NCBI GenBank assembly: GCA_032718475.1
Contig: JAUCBJ010009148.1
Location: 1 to 47,285, forward strand
DNA length: 47,285 nt
Direction of reading: 5' to 3'
Source of the DNA: Nemertoderma westbladi
Lineage: Eukaryota > Animalia > Xenacoelomorpha
How positions within the stretch are numbered: position 1 is the stretch's first letter; the number at the start of each line of letters is the position of its first letter. Shown here in pieces: positions 1-10,757 of this stretch. The position numbers and the translations under genes are program-made. Under the pieces are notes generated by a model that ran no database searches, was not told the DNA's origin, and saw only the letters and a list, made by a program, of their open reading frames with translations.

Positions 1-205
1 TATTATGATGAAACATATACGTTTCACAAACAATTCGAATTCACAAACAATTTTAATATTGGACTAGACTGTGAAGTTCTGTTCATATAAGAGTGCGATT
101 TAAATGGAATTGTTGGAAACTGAAATCCACAATTTACTAATTGTTAGGCCGAAAGTAAGGAGGGGGGGGGGGGGGGGGGGGGTAGAATTCCTTATTAGAG
201 ATTAG

Positions 206-260
206 CCCCAATGTCCCTCTCGTCAACCCAAGGTGTTGACGGGACATTGGGGATCTTGTT
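206..260 (+). mobile_element. GC-rich hairpin followed by CTTGTT; probable 3' end of a Helitron/Helentron-type non-autonomous element
   Basis: CCCCAATGTCCC (206-217) pairs with GGGACATTGGGG (241-252), with an inner GTCAAC/GTTGAC stem, followed by ATCTTGTT. A terminal hairpin plus a short CTTG/CTRR end is typical of rolling-circle elements. The family assignment is inference. Confidence 0.4.
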
Positions 261-819
261 TAGTACCAAAAATATTTAAAATTTTATTTAAAACCAACAA
301 AAAAATATATCAAAGAATGAAAACTAAATTTTACTGTTTAACAGAATACTTGGTTAATATTACTGTAAGTATTTGCATTAAAATAAAAAATTTATTTGCA
401 TAATTATCACAAAAGCACCTTTTTTATTCTTTGCTTTTGTAAATACAGCTAAAAGATATATCAGTATTTCTACAAAATGCAAAATAATATATTAAACAAA
501 TTTTAATTATGAAATATAACAATATATTTATAGTATATAGCTATAGCTGTTTATACTATTAATATATTTACATAATATAATAAATATTATTATTATTTAG
601 TATAATATTATATTAAAGATTTAATACTAAATTGTGAATTTAATTTGTTCAATTAATAAAATAATTTCTGCTCATGGCAATATACCGTAGGACCACAAAT
701 AATTAATACATGGGCATACATTTAATCCAATACGACGTCATAAATGTTAACACAGTAACTGAATAAAGGCACAGGTTATATATAAGTCAATCTATAGACA
801 ATAACAAAATTAAAAAGCA

Positions 820-1520
820 TTAAATAACGCGTTGGTTTGGTATCCCTACCCGGATGCGGTTTGGATGAAACGAAGACATGAAAGTTAAAAACTCAATGAA
901 CCAAAGCGTGTCTGGTCGACTGATGGACACCGAACCACTCGCGAATTTAAACTGGGGATCCCAACTCGCTCCGGAACGCAACCCATAATAACTCATCGCT
1001 TGCTGTTGCACTGAATTGCTCTACCGCAGTTGACCCACGAAAGTTTTGCACTTTGTATTTCAGTATTTCATGCCGCTGATTCTAGAGCCTAAGATTTCAT
1101 CCGGTAAACGTTGCAAGTACCATAAACCATGCGCTGTAATCGTACCGATACCACGAAGTATCTTTAGTTTCACATGCATGTTTGCTTTTAGCGAAGTCCT
1201 GCATACATATACGTACAATGCGATTGGAACTACCGGTAGTTTTCCCACCGGAATCGAGCATGCCCAGTAGGCCCAATTTTGCATCTTTCAGCATTGCGTC
1301 GGAGAAACGAGGCGAAGGGCCGGAAGTCGCGATGATAGAGTTCCAGTACGACCCTCTCTCGACCTTGGCCGTCCAGAGATATGCGAGAATGTTATCGCAA
1401 ACGTGCTGGCACCCAGTCCGCCAGTTTGTGTCATCAACGTTGAAGACTAAGCAGTCATTTATGTGCAGAAGGAGACGATTCGTTAGGATAAGCTGCAAGT
1501 GATCCCCACCTCATAGGGAT
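820..1520. other. GC-elevated island with short overlapping ORFs on both strands; unidentified exon, lncRNA or decayed coding fragment
   Basis: Composition shifts abruptly from the very AT-rich 270-820 stretch. The longest ORF is 133 aa (1097-1498, minus, non-ATG start). No recognisable domain. Confidence 0.25.
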
Positions 1521-1577
1521 CCACGGATATAAGGATTACAGGATTACAACTTCCAAACTTGAGGTTTAGAACTGCAG

Positions 1578-2140
1578 TAGGCCTATAATGCAGGCAGATT
1601 GTCTCATGAGTTTACTAAAATCCTGAGGTTATTAGCCAAATGCGTGAATGTGGATTGGTTAGGCCTACTGAAAGAACATGAGAAAACAAAAATGCTAGGC
1701 CTAGTACAATCACAGTATTAGGCTCACTAAAAATTAACAAATAATAAATGAAATACTGAAATAGGCCTAAATTTAATTATACAACAACCGTCAGACCATA
1801 CCTGCCTGCCTGCTGCCTGCATACAGCGTACCAAACCTGATAACATGCAGACAAGCCTAGAATACAAGTGAAATGTATAGTACAGTAGTAGGCAGGTAGG
1901 CCTACTGTAGTAAGGCCTGTGAAAGTACAGGCGGTGGTACGCTACTGCAGTACTGCAGCAGGCGTTCCAGTGGAGGGGCAGACCGGTATATAAAATCAAA
2001 CACTACCAGTAACTGCAGTGAACTGCTACACAGCCATCATTCTTGCACAAGGTGCCTTGTCCCTGCCTCACACTACAAAAAGTGTTGCCGTCGCTAGGAT
2101 ACAAATTATATGTTATTGGCTAGAGCTGTACCATTGGTTG
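1578..2140. promoter_or_regulatory. Promoter/first-intron-like region with a TAGGCCTA cluster
   Basis: TAGGCCTA at 1578, 1660, 1696, 1762 and 1897; TATATAAA near 1987; ATTGG (reverse CCAAT) near 2114 and 2133. The same signature surrounds the 5' part of the CaMKI gene. Confidence 0.3.
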
Positions 2141-2269
2141 GCTTTGGCTATGTGTTTGATGTAGGCCATCATGTTATGATATTCAAATGGATTGATGGAG
2201 GGAATTTCAAAATGGTCAAATAATACAACAATAATGAAACTTTTAATACGATGTGCAATTATAAAAATC

Positions 2270-4058
2270 GCTGTAACTCTGGTGCAACACGACCGTATTC
2301 GATGAAATTTTCATTGTTACGTACGGAAATTAATGCGTTTAGAATTGCTATACTCAATATATTTATAATCGGTATGATTTTTAAACTATAAGAGTTTAAG
2401 AGCCGGGAATTGCCAAATTGTGGCTACGTAAGCCAGATTTGACCACAAAATTGACCAGGTTCGTGCAACTCTTGAAAATTTTGGAATATGTCAATTTTGT
2501 TCTATTATCATGTTCTATAAATGACCAAAGTTAAAAAAAATATAATTCCTAGGAAGTTGTTTTATTTTTTATAAATATGTAATTTTGTGGTGAAAATTGG
2601 TTAATTTCGTCAAAAATCAGTGAAAATTTGACGGTTTGGAGTAAAATTGGGTGGGTTGGGCCAACTCATATAAATAGTTGCCAGCGTCATTTTTCTTACC
2701 CTAAAACGTTCTTTAATTGAGCACAGTTTTAGAAAATATAATTCCTAGGAAGTTCTTAAACTAAAGCTCAGACTTTCAAAAAGACGGCCATTTAACTGAC
2801 TTTTTTTATTTGTCTGTCATACCTACACACAACGTTGAAATCGAAAATGGCATGCATATTCGGATTCAGCACACCAAAATGTACCTATATAGTATATTTT
2901 GAGGTAATCTGAGGCTAAAATAAAAAAAAATGAAAAAATGAAAAAAAATTTCGCCAAAATTTGCCAAACTTCCAAAAATACTTAACTTGCTCAGATTTTC
3001 ATGAAATTTGGTACGGATGTGCCCAAAGCAATTCTAAGAAACTAATTTGAAGGATTTACGGAAAAATGCAATTTAAGCCGATATATCGCATTTTGAGTGC
3101 CTAATTTTAGGCTAAATTTCAAGAAAATACAGATTTCCTAAGTTTGGCCCTTATTTACTACAAGAAGCAAAAACTTTTTGTATTAAGATTAAATGGATAA
3201 AATGTAGAGCTATCTTATCCATCTGTGATGTTAAAGTTTCAGAAAAATATAAGCAGACAATTCCGAGAAAACCACTTTCTACCAAAACCTATTTTGTCAA
3301 CTTCCAAAATTACCATTTTTCGGCCCCAATTTCCGGCCCTTAATATTCAGGCAACGCACAATACCAATAACAGTAATGGAACTCCCATCTTCCCTCTATA
3401 TAACGCAAGTGGAACGGTTTCCTTCTAATTAAAAGATACAGAGTTATAACGATTTAAAAATTGTCAAAAATATCCAAATTTGGCCCAAAATTGGCCAAAA
3501 GTTAAATTATTGGCATACTGTTAAATATTTTTGGCCAATATTTTGACCCGATGAACAACTGTATTGGATATGTATTCGGTATGAGTTTCAATCGAAATGG
3601 CAAAGCTGCTTTGGTGATAGCGAGAAAACAATGTAAAAATTTACCATTTTGATAATTTTTGGGTAAAATTAAAATGTGGCCAAAATGGCCAAATTTGGCT
3701 AAACGAAATTTTTTAATGAAACTTGCAAATTTATCCGCGCACAAAGTCTCGGGAGAACATTTGAAGATTTCAGTCGCCTTCACACCGAATTTAATCATTT
3801 AGTGCTAGAAGTTTCCAAATTGGGGCAAAAATCCACATTTGGTGGCCAATTTGGAAATGTTGCGAAACTAAATTGAAAAAACAAAACCGTACAAAATTCT
3901 TAGAATAACAAAAACTACAAACGTGGCAAATTTCAGAGAATATAATTCCTAGGAAGTTGTAAAACGCCCCGAGTAAGCTCCACTTTCTATATACTAATGT
4001 TGGAACGCCTACGCCCGGTGTGGGAGAATCCTCACGAAGGATCCTCCCACGTTGTGTT
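2270..4058 (+). mobile_element. Non-autonomous interspersed repeat with internal repeated motif and 3' hairpin (Helentron/HINE-like)
   Basis: TATAATTCCTAGGAAGTT recurs at 2541, 2737 and 3941. Terminal stem GTGGGAGAATCCT (4020-4032) pairs with AGGATCCTCCCAC (4038-4050), followed by GTTGTGTT. No credible ORF; the left boundary is approximate. Confidence 0.4.
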
Positions 4059-4178
4059 GTTTTTAGATTTACATAAGAACCGCATATCCGACAAGCCCCA
4101 TTTTCTATACTGGACCCCCCAAACTAAACCCTTTTTAGAATCTATTATTGTCGTTTCATTGTAGTACCGGTACTGTAG

Positions 4179-4240
4179 TTAATACCTCGGAGTAGGTAAG
4201 CCTCGGCTACGCCTCGGCTGGTTCCTACTCCTCGTGTTAA
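4179..4240. mobile_element. Tiny palindromic MITE remnant
   Basis: Inverted GGAGTAGG (4189-4196) / CCTACTCC (4224-4231) around the core CCTCGGCTACGCCTCGG, with outer TTAATAC/GTGTTAA. Confidence 0.4.
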
Positions 4241-4364
4241 AACAACAGGAAAAACAACAAAACAACCGGTCAATAATGTACGTTAGTACCGAAAAAGCAC
4301 TATTTTATTTTATTGATGTAACTGTTCCATTCGAATACCGCAAACCAATTTCCATTTGCATTTC

Positions 4365-5220
4365 CTAGTGTTGCAACAGTTCAAACTGGGACGGTTTTGG
4401 GTATAGAGACTCCAAGAGTTCCCTCACGATTCCCTTAACAATGTGGGCATTAGGTTTGTTTTGATCGACGCCATCATTAATGCAAATAAACTTCTTAGTG
4501 TGACGACGGAGTTCGTCCATTTGTCCATTTGAGTCGTGTGATAAAGTCTGAGGGCCAGATTGGCGCACCAAACATTAAATCATCGTTGAGGTAGAGGAAG
4601 TTTTCGGAGATACCCGGAATGCGATGAAGTTGAGACTCTATGGCGGGGGAACCGAAGGTGGGAAGATTCGACTTGTTTGCAAATATCTCCTTGTGAGTTA
4701 CTAACGTAACTCGGTGATTGCTAAGGTCCAACCAGTATGGGATTTGCCCATTGGTCACGATGTAAATGTGTCGTACCCACGGGGCATACAGGTCAACAGA
4801 ACGTAGGGAGTATCGCAACTCCTCGTTGTCATAGAAACGGCTGGAACTTGTGCGCTCCTCGAGGTTCGATTGGTGACTCCTCACCCTCCCTTCCATGTTC
4901 ATCTCCCATTCCAATTCCCTTCGGACTTTCTCCAGTTCTACTAACATATCAGGGTCTGAACCATTCACCCAGGTGTAGACTAAGTCTACAGGAAACAGTT
5001 TGTAAAGATGTAAGTTATTCAGCCATGTGCATTGAAGTAAGGAATCATCAAAATTATCAGATGCGCTGTATAAGATGTAACTATTATCAATATTATCATG
5101 GTGTATGACTTCTGATATGAAATAAACCATGAAAGGCATAAAGAGCATGAATCCAGCTAGACATATCTTCAACTGACGGGTCCCTCTCACTGAGAACCAT
5201 TGCACACATCTATGCAGCAT
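4365..5220 (-). pseudogene. GNPTAB-like: Intronless, internally deleted and frameshifted GNPTAB-like Stealth-family GlcNAc-1-phosphotransferase (TM-CR1-CR2 / CR4)
   Basis: ORF 4495-5220 has an N-terminal hydrophobic anchor, Stealth CR1 ([14 protein letters not shown]) and CR2 ([14 protein letters not shown]...[16 protein letters not shown]...PTFGSPAIE...FLYLNDD). The overlapping frame 4365-~4530 gives CR4 ([18 protein letters not shown]...ESLYPKPSQFEL*). The frame changes at ~4528-4535. AATAAA lies on the minus strand at 4304-4314. Confidence 0.85.
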
Positions 5221-5343
5221 TGTAATGTTTAATTAAAAAACTATTTACAATGTACGAACATTTTTATATTATGTCAACCATGACCTACTATATATACAAA
5301 CAGTTCCATTAGAGTTTTATCAAGTAAACCAGAAAATGATTAG

Positions 5344-5850
5344 GAATCAATTTGTATTGCTGCTGAAAGTAGAAATGAAATTGATTTTGATTTAGACACA
5401 CGTGAAATTCTAAAATGCGTTTGGGGATTTCTTACCCACAATGTTATCAACAGAAAGGGTGCCAAAACTGTGCGGCAGTTTTACAAAATGAAACTGTCTC
5501 ACTTTACCAACCAACTCACTTTACCACAGTTTGCTTGACATGGGAAGGGAAGACTCGCAAGACAGTTTATGCGCATTTGTTAAAGAAACGTTTACAATTT
5601 TAATAACCGTTGAAGATTTCTTTGAAAAAACCCCTCAGTTCCGCAAAGCGACAATTTCGACTCTAACCAAACTACGTGATAATTATCCCTATTGTACGAA
5701 ATCAACTGCCCTTCCCATAACGAACAAATTAAAATAATTATTTTTCGCTCTCTCATAAACATATTTGCCAATAATCGATCCAAAGCCGACTCCCAGACAG
5801 TTAGAGAATCAGCTGTAAAAAAAATTCACACTGCGTCAGCGTCATGTACA
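5344..5850 (+). mobile_element. Degraded C-terminal fragment of a P-element/THAP9-like transposase
   Basis: Stitching frames gives DLDTREILKCVWGFLTHNVINRK/GCQNCAAVL...LDMG...DSLCAFVKETFTIL...C-PSH...RSLINIFANNRSKADSQTVRESAVKK. This matches my recollection of the Y-x-x-G-Y...CxxC...C-x-x-H...NIFxNN tail of invertebrate P-like transposases. Several frameshifts. Confidence 0.4.
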
Positions 5851-6313
5851 TACATAATATATAACACTCATCATCACATTATAAACAATAAACATTCCAC
5901 AAGATTAAACAATTACCATATTATTTATATTCGCCTTTGCCCTGCTTCAGTAATTTGCCAGTAAAAACACAATGTTTCACACAATTGTTTTACACAATGT
6001 AACACAATGAAAGACGAACAACCAAATAGTTAAAAATAACACACGGCAGTAAACTTTGCAAAAATTAACATTTTTTGTGACAGAATTTCGAAAAACAAAC
6101 AAAATAAAAAATATGGCATTGGTACACGTTGGGTACCCACCCATTGACCAGATTTTTTATACTTGCTAATTTTTGATATTTTTTTTTATAAATGATAAGC
6201 ACTATAGAAGATGTGCTATCTATCAATTTTGATAAATATTTTTGTTCTAGAAAACATTTTTTATTTTTTATACAAGCTAATTTTTTCAACTTTTTTTATA
6301 AATTTTTTTATAG

Positions 6314-8170
6314 GGTACTGCTAAACACCCCCCACCAAATTTTATCTACTAGCTAATTTTTGTGAATTTCTTTTTTTTAAATGTACCAGAACATGTTCGC
6401 TATTTTATTTTGAAAAAATTAATGTTCTAGAACAAATATTTTTTGTTCTAGAACACTTTTTAGACAAAAGCCAGATTTGTATTTAAAAAGAATGGGATAG
6501 TTAAAAAACATGTATAAAATAAATAAATACTTTTTTTAATATTTTGAAATTTTTCAATTAAATAATGATGATGTATAGTAAGATTTATGGTAGCTAATAA
6601 ATTTTAATTTATTAACAAATTGATTTCGATAGAAATATAGCTTCGTATATTACAGTCATTAAAAGCAATATAAAACGATATGACTAGACTCTCTATTATT
6701 TGACTTCTTTTTATTTGTTATTGACACAACTGCGATAATTTCCTATACACTTAAATGTAGCTAATCTTAAATCCCTTAAATATAGCCAATCGAAAATGTA
6801 TTAGTTTTAATGTTCTAGAATAATGTTGCCAGAGATTCATTAAAATTCTTAAATACTGTTGATACAATGAACTCATAAGATTTTAATACAAACCTTGATT
6901 TTTTTTCTAAAAATATGTTACAGAAAAAAATATTTGTTCTAGAACACTATTTTTTATGAACAAATATGTAGCTATCAATTTCTAGAACAATAGAAAAACG
7001 AAATTTTCAAAAACTAATAAGTACAAAAAATTTGGTGGGGGGTGTACGCAACGCATACTGAGAAATTTTTTTTCATGCGAAAATAAATGACTTTTATCAT
7101 GAAGTTTAAATTAAAAATATAATTAATAAAAAATAATAAAATAAAAATAATAAAAAAAAATTAAAAAAAAAAAAAAAAAATTTTTGTAATTCTTAAAATA
7201 TGTTTAATAGCTATGGTTTTTACTCTAGAACATTTTAATAAACGCGTTCGTTATTATTTTTCTTAATGACATTAACGACACTGACATCGAAATAACATTT
7301 TTATTGGCAACAGAAGAGAGCGTTATTTATTACTTTTGCGGCCGAAGAGTCGGAATTAGCAATAAGCGAGACCCATGGAAATGCCACGATGGGAGTGATA
7401 TTTACAAACATTTGTGGGTCAACCACAGTAAAAATGGAAAAGGGCGCTTTGTTAACAAAGAAAAAAAACTAAGATACAGGGGCAAACACCCAAAGAATTG
7501 AGTGCATGTGGTGGGGGCATGCAAAGTTAAATATTATGCAAACAAAGAAAGGCACAACTAAAAAGCTACTGAATAACCATCTGAGCGAGTTCCGATGGAG
7601 GGGTCTTAATAAAGATATTCCATTACATGGATTAATACAACTAATCAAGAACAATTACTAGACCTAAGTAACTTATTCTAATTTTTGCAATAATATTGTC
7701 AATAAAAACGATTAAAAAAATTTCAAAAATGAAGATAGCTATCGCAGTATTACCGTAAGATGGTAGCTATAAATTTGGATTTTGTGTTAACTAGTACTTT
7801 TTATTAGCTCGTGAAAAATTAGAAATTGAAAATTTTTTTCTTAAAAAATTGCTGTTATCTTTGCTTTTATTGATTCTATCATAAATTTTACTAGCTATCA
7901 TCATAATTTAATTGGAAAATTTTAAAATATAAAAAAAAATTATTTTATCTATTTTATACACGTTTTATAACCACCCCATGCTTTTTAAATACAAACCTGG
8001 CTTTTGTACAAAAATTGTTCTAGAACAAAACAATTTTATTCTAGAACATTAATATTTTCAAAATAAAATGTCTAACATGTTCTGGTACATTAAAAAAAAT
8101 AAATTATGAAAAACTACTGTAGCTAGTAGATAAAATTTGGTGGGGGGTGTACGCATACTGAACCAGTACC
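6314..8170 (+). mobile_element. Internally deleted Merlin (IS1595/IS1016-like) DNA transposon with long imperfect inverted arms
   Basis: About 280 bp at 6314-6597 is an imperfect reverse complement of 7876-8170, with termini GGTACTG / CAGTACC. It encloses a Merlin transposase remnant and many TTCTAGAA motifs. No clean TSD seen. Confidence 0.65.
7304..7661 (+). pseudogene. Merlin/ISXO2-like DDE transposase remnant
   Basis: YKHLWVNHSKN..FV, then a frameshift in the A-run at ~7461-7468, then DTGANTQRIECMWWGHAK...LLNNHLSEFRWR...LIQLIKNNY*. These are the VNHS, TQxIExxW and LxEFxWR motifs of DDE_Tnp_IS1595. Confidence 0.8.
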
Positions 8171-9132
8171 TGCTATCAATTTTGGGTACAACTTCGTCAT
8201 GTCGACACCCCTTGCCGATATTTTTTACCTGTCAATTTTTGTGTTTTATAATGATTTTTAGATATTAGTAAATGTTCTAGAACTTTAGTAGATATATTTT
8301 TTTTGGTCGCTAGTGTTTTTTTACTAGCTAGTTTCTTTTGTAATTATAAAAATATGGTATTTTTTTTATTTTTGTTTTTGGTTAAGTGTTCGTGAACATT
8401 TACATTAAGATATTATTTATTAAGTAGCTAGTTTTTTTTACTAGGCTAGTATTACTTTTTTGAAATTATAAAAAAATGTGAAAACATTGATATTTCAGAT
8501 TTATGCCTAAACTATTGCAGATATTAATGATAAAATATATTGATGATATTATAACAGTTTAAGCTTCTATTAAAATCAGAGTGTCCCTGAATGCGATCCA
8601 GCTATTATCTACGGTAATAATTTAGGTTAACCAACCAACAACACAAACGCAGTATACACATACGCAATATATAAAAAAAACAGTTTTAAACATTTTAAAT
8701 GAAAATGGGACGTATTTTTGTTTTCTTTTTGATATAAAAAAATATATAAAACCAAAATGGTATTCTTTATAAAGAACAAAAAATAAAAATAATACGTCTA
8801 AGTGCGCCAAAACATTGTCAAAATTGTTTTTTCAACATATTACAAAGGATAAAAAAGTATTTTTTCATTAAATGTGACGAGTTGGCGGTTTCAATATGAA
8901 CTTAAACTTTCGAAACTTTAGACAATAAATTGAAAAAAGAAACTCGTGGGTGAACAAGAATTATAGAAAAATAGTTCTTTCAACATTGTCCAAAAGGTAA
9001 AAAACGAATTTTTTAATTAAATGTGATGATTTGGTGGTTCAATAGGCAGGTAAGTTTTTAAAGTTTTATATGAAAAATTGAAACAACTTAAATGGGTGCG
9101 CTCTAATTGCTGTGTGTGCTGTGTGAAAATTT

Positions 9133-9925
9133 TGGTGCTAGCACGAAATTTTGAAAATCCATTCAATAGATAAAATTGCTTGTGATAATTTATTTCTTGC
9201 GTTGTAGAGGTTTATGGCTGTTCTGAATTCAATGGAATATATAATTATCGAACTAGACATCTCAAACGTTTATTTTTCGGAAGTGGGTGCAAAATGTGGT
9301 GCTTGTAGAGTAGAGTGTTCTCATGTCCACTCTGAGTACAATTCACTGCAACCTGCACCTGGCAGCAGGGGTACAGGGCATGACCCAGCAGACGAGCTGC
9401 ACAGCCAATGCTGGGTCATGTGTGCCAGTGCATAATCTTGTAGTTTGGCAGTCTCATGGAGTGAATAAGCTGGTTTAATAAGCTGAATAAGTTTATGGCT
9501 GTTCTGAATTCAATGGAATATATAATTATCGAACTAGACATCTCAAACTTGTATTTTTCGGAAGTGGGTGCAAAATGTGGTGCTTGCACCAAATTTTGAA
9601 AACCATCAAATACTGTATATCAATTGATTGTGTCACCTTGTTTCTTGCGTTATAAAGGGTTTGTGAAGGTTCTGAATTTAATGGAATCATTAAAAATTTC
9701 ATAAGAGTTTTCAAACTTGTATTTTTCGCCGGTGGGTGAAAATTGTTCAAATTTTTGAAAATAAGCAAATTGATCAGAAGATAGTATCATCTTGTTTCTT
9801 GCGTTATACGGGTTTATGAGTGTGCTGGATCCGATGGAATCAATAAAAACAGCACTGGACATCGCAAACATGTACTTTATGGTGATGGGTACGAAATATG
9901 GTGCTAGCACCAAAATTTGCCAAAT
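9133..9925. repeat. Diverged ~155-bp tandem units inside a transposon-like region
   Basis: TTTCTTGCGTT recurs at ~9193, 9641 and 9795. GGTGCT(A/T)GCAC.AAATTT recurs at ~9133, 9579 and 9900. Confidence 0.6.
9306..9490 (+). mobile_element. 185-bp GC-rich insertion (probable 5'-truncated retroposon 3' end) flanked by a 96-bp direct duplication
   Basis: 9210-9305 and 9491-9586 are identical except for 2 bases. The insert has a perfect 12-bp stem (9379-9390 / 9409-9420) and ends in AATAAGCTG-type short repeats. Confidence 0.55.
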
Positions 9926-10599
9926 TACGCCGACAAATACAAGTAGCAATGATCTGGCATATTAGAAATGTATTCCATTAGAATCAGCGCCCTAGAAAAC
10001 CTGAAAATGTGAATTTATAGCATCGTATAAGTGAATTAAAATTTTTTTGTTCTAACTGAAAAGTGCTGGTTACTTGTTTTTTTTTTCAATTTTTATCACT
10101 AGCTAATAAAAAGTACTAGCTAACACAAAATCAAAATTACTAGCTACCATCGTACTAGCAGAAGGTTAAATATTTGTTCTAGAACAAGAAAACCTCATGA
10201 TATAAGCCATTTTCATATGAAAAAATTTGTTTAAAAAGTGTGTACCCATAACATAGTATTGCCCTGTAATCCATTTATGGCGAAACGTCCAATATAGAAG
10301 ACACTAAAATGACCAAAGAAAACGGCGACAGAGTTCATTAAAACTGAACGGACACAAACGGTGACTAAGTTTGCTTCAGTCGACAATTAATAGTCAAGAT
10401 GGGTTAATGATTTATTACATCCATGGAGGTGATAACTGCCAATTAACAATAATTAGATTAAAATGTATAATTAATACTGTGTACCTGTTATTAAATTTTC
10501 ACTTATATTTGATATAGTACATGACTAAAATGTATAAATGAGCATCCATAAAATCCTTTCTTCACATACCGAACGCTGATAAGTTGACATAATGTAACA

Positions 10600-10757
10600 A
10601 AATTACATACATCATTGCATGGAAAGTTCACTTTTCAGCGTTAAAGTCCCTTGTTTATTTATATAAACCTCCCTCGCTGCGCTCGCTCGGTACATAAATA
10701 AACTCGTGTCGTAACGCTGCAAAGTGCTACTTTGCACACAATGATGTAAATAGTTAT
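10600..10757 (-). mobile_element. Foldback MITE (~160 bp) with GAGCGAGCGCAGCGAGGG core
   Basis: Arms TACATCATTGCATGGAAAGTTCACTTTTCAGCGTTA and TAACGCTGCAAAGTGCTACTTTGCACACAATGATGTA are imperfect inverted repeats. The reverse complement aligns to 16301-16462. Confidence 0.7.

Noticed and set aside
1420-1452. VFNVDDT as a pogo/Tc1 'FNxDET' catalytic motif
   Set aside because: No other DDE motifs follow; most likely a chance match.
4516-4531. 8-bp tandem duplication TCCATTTG x2 as the cause of the Stealth frameshift, or a hidden intron there
   Set aside because: Removing 8 bp does not bring CR4 into frame (a 1-bp removal does), and there is no GT..AG intron between CR2 and CR4.
4365-5220. Horizontal transfer of a bacterial Stealth capsule phosphotransferase
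   Set aside because: The motifs ([33 protein letters not shown]) and the N-terminal membrane anchor follow the animal GNPTAB pattern.
9385-9412. Hammerhead ribozyme core in the insert (CAGACGA-GCTG-CA-CAGC-CAAT)
   Set aside because: It departs from the required CUGANGA and GAAA at invariant positions and lacks a three-way junction.
6121-10246. A single large outer Merlin element bounded by GGTACAC / GTGTACC
   Set aside because: Only 7 bp of terminal match, and the flanking 8-mers do not form a convincing TSD.
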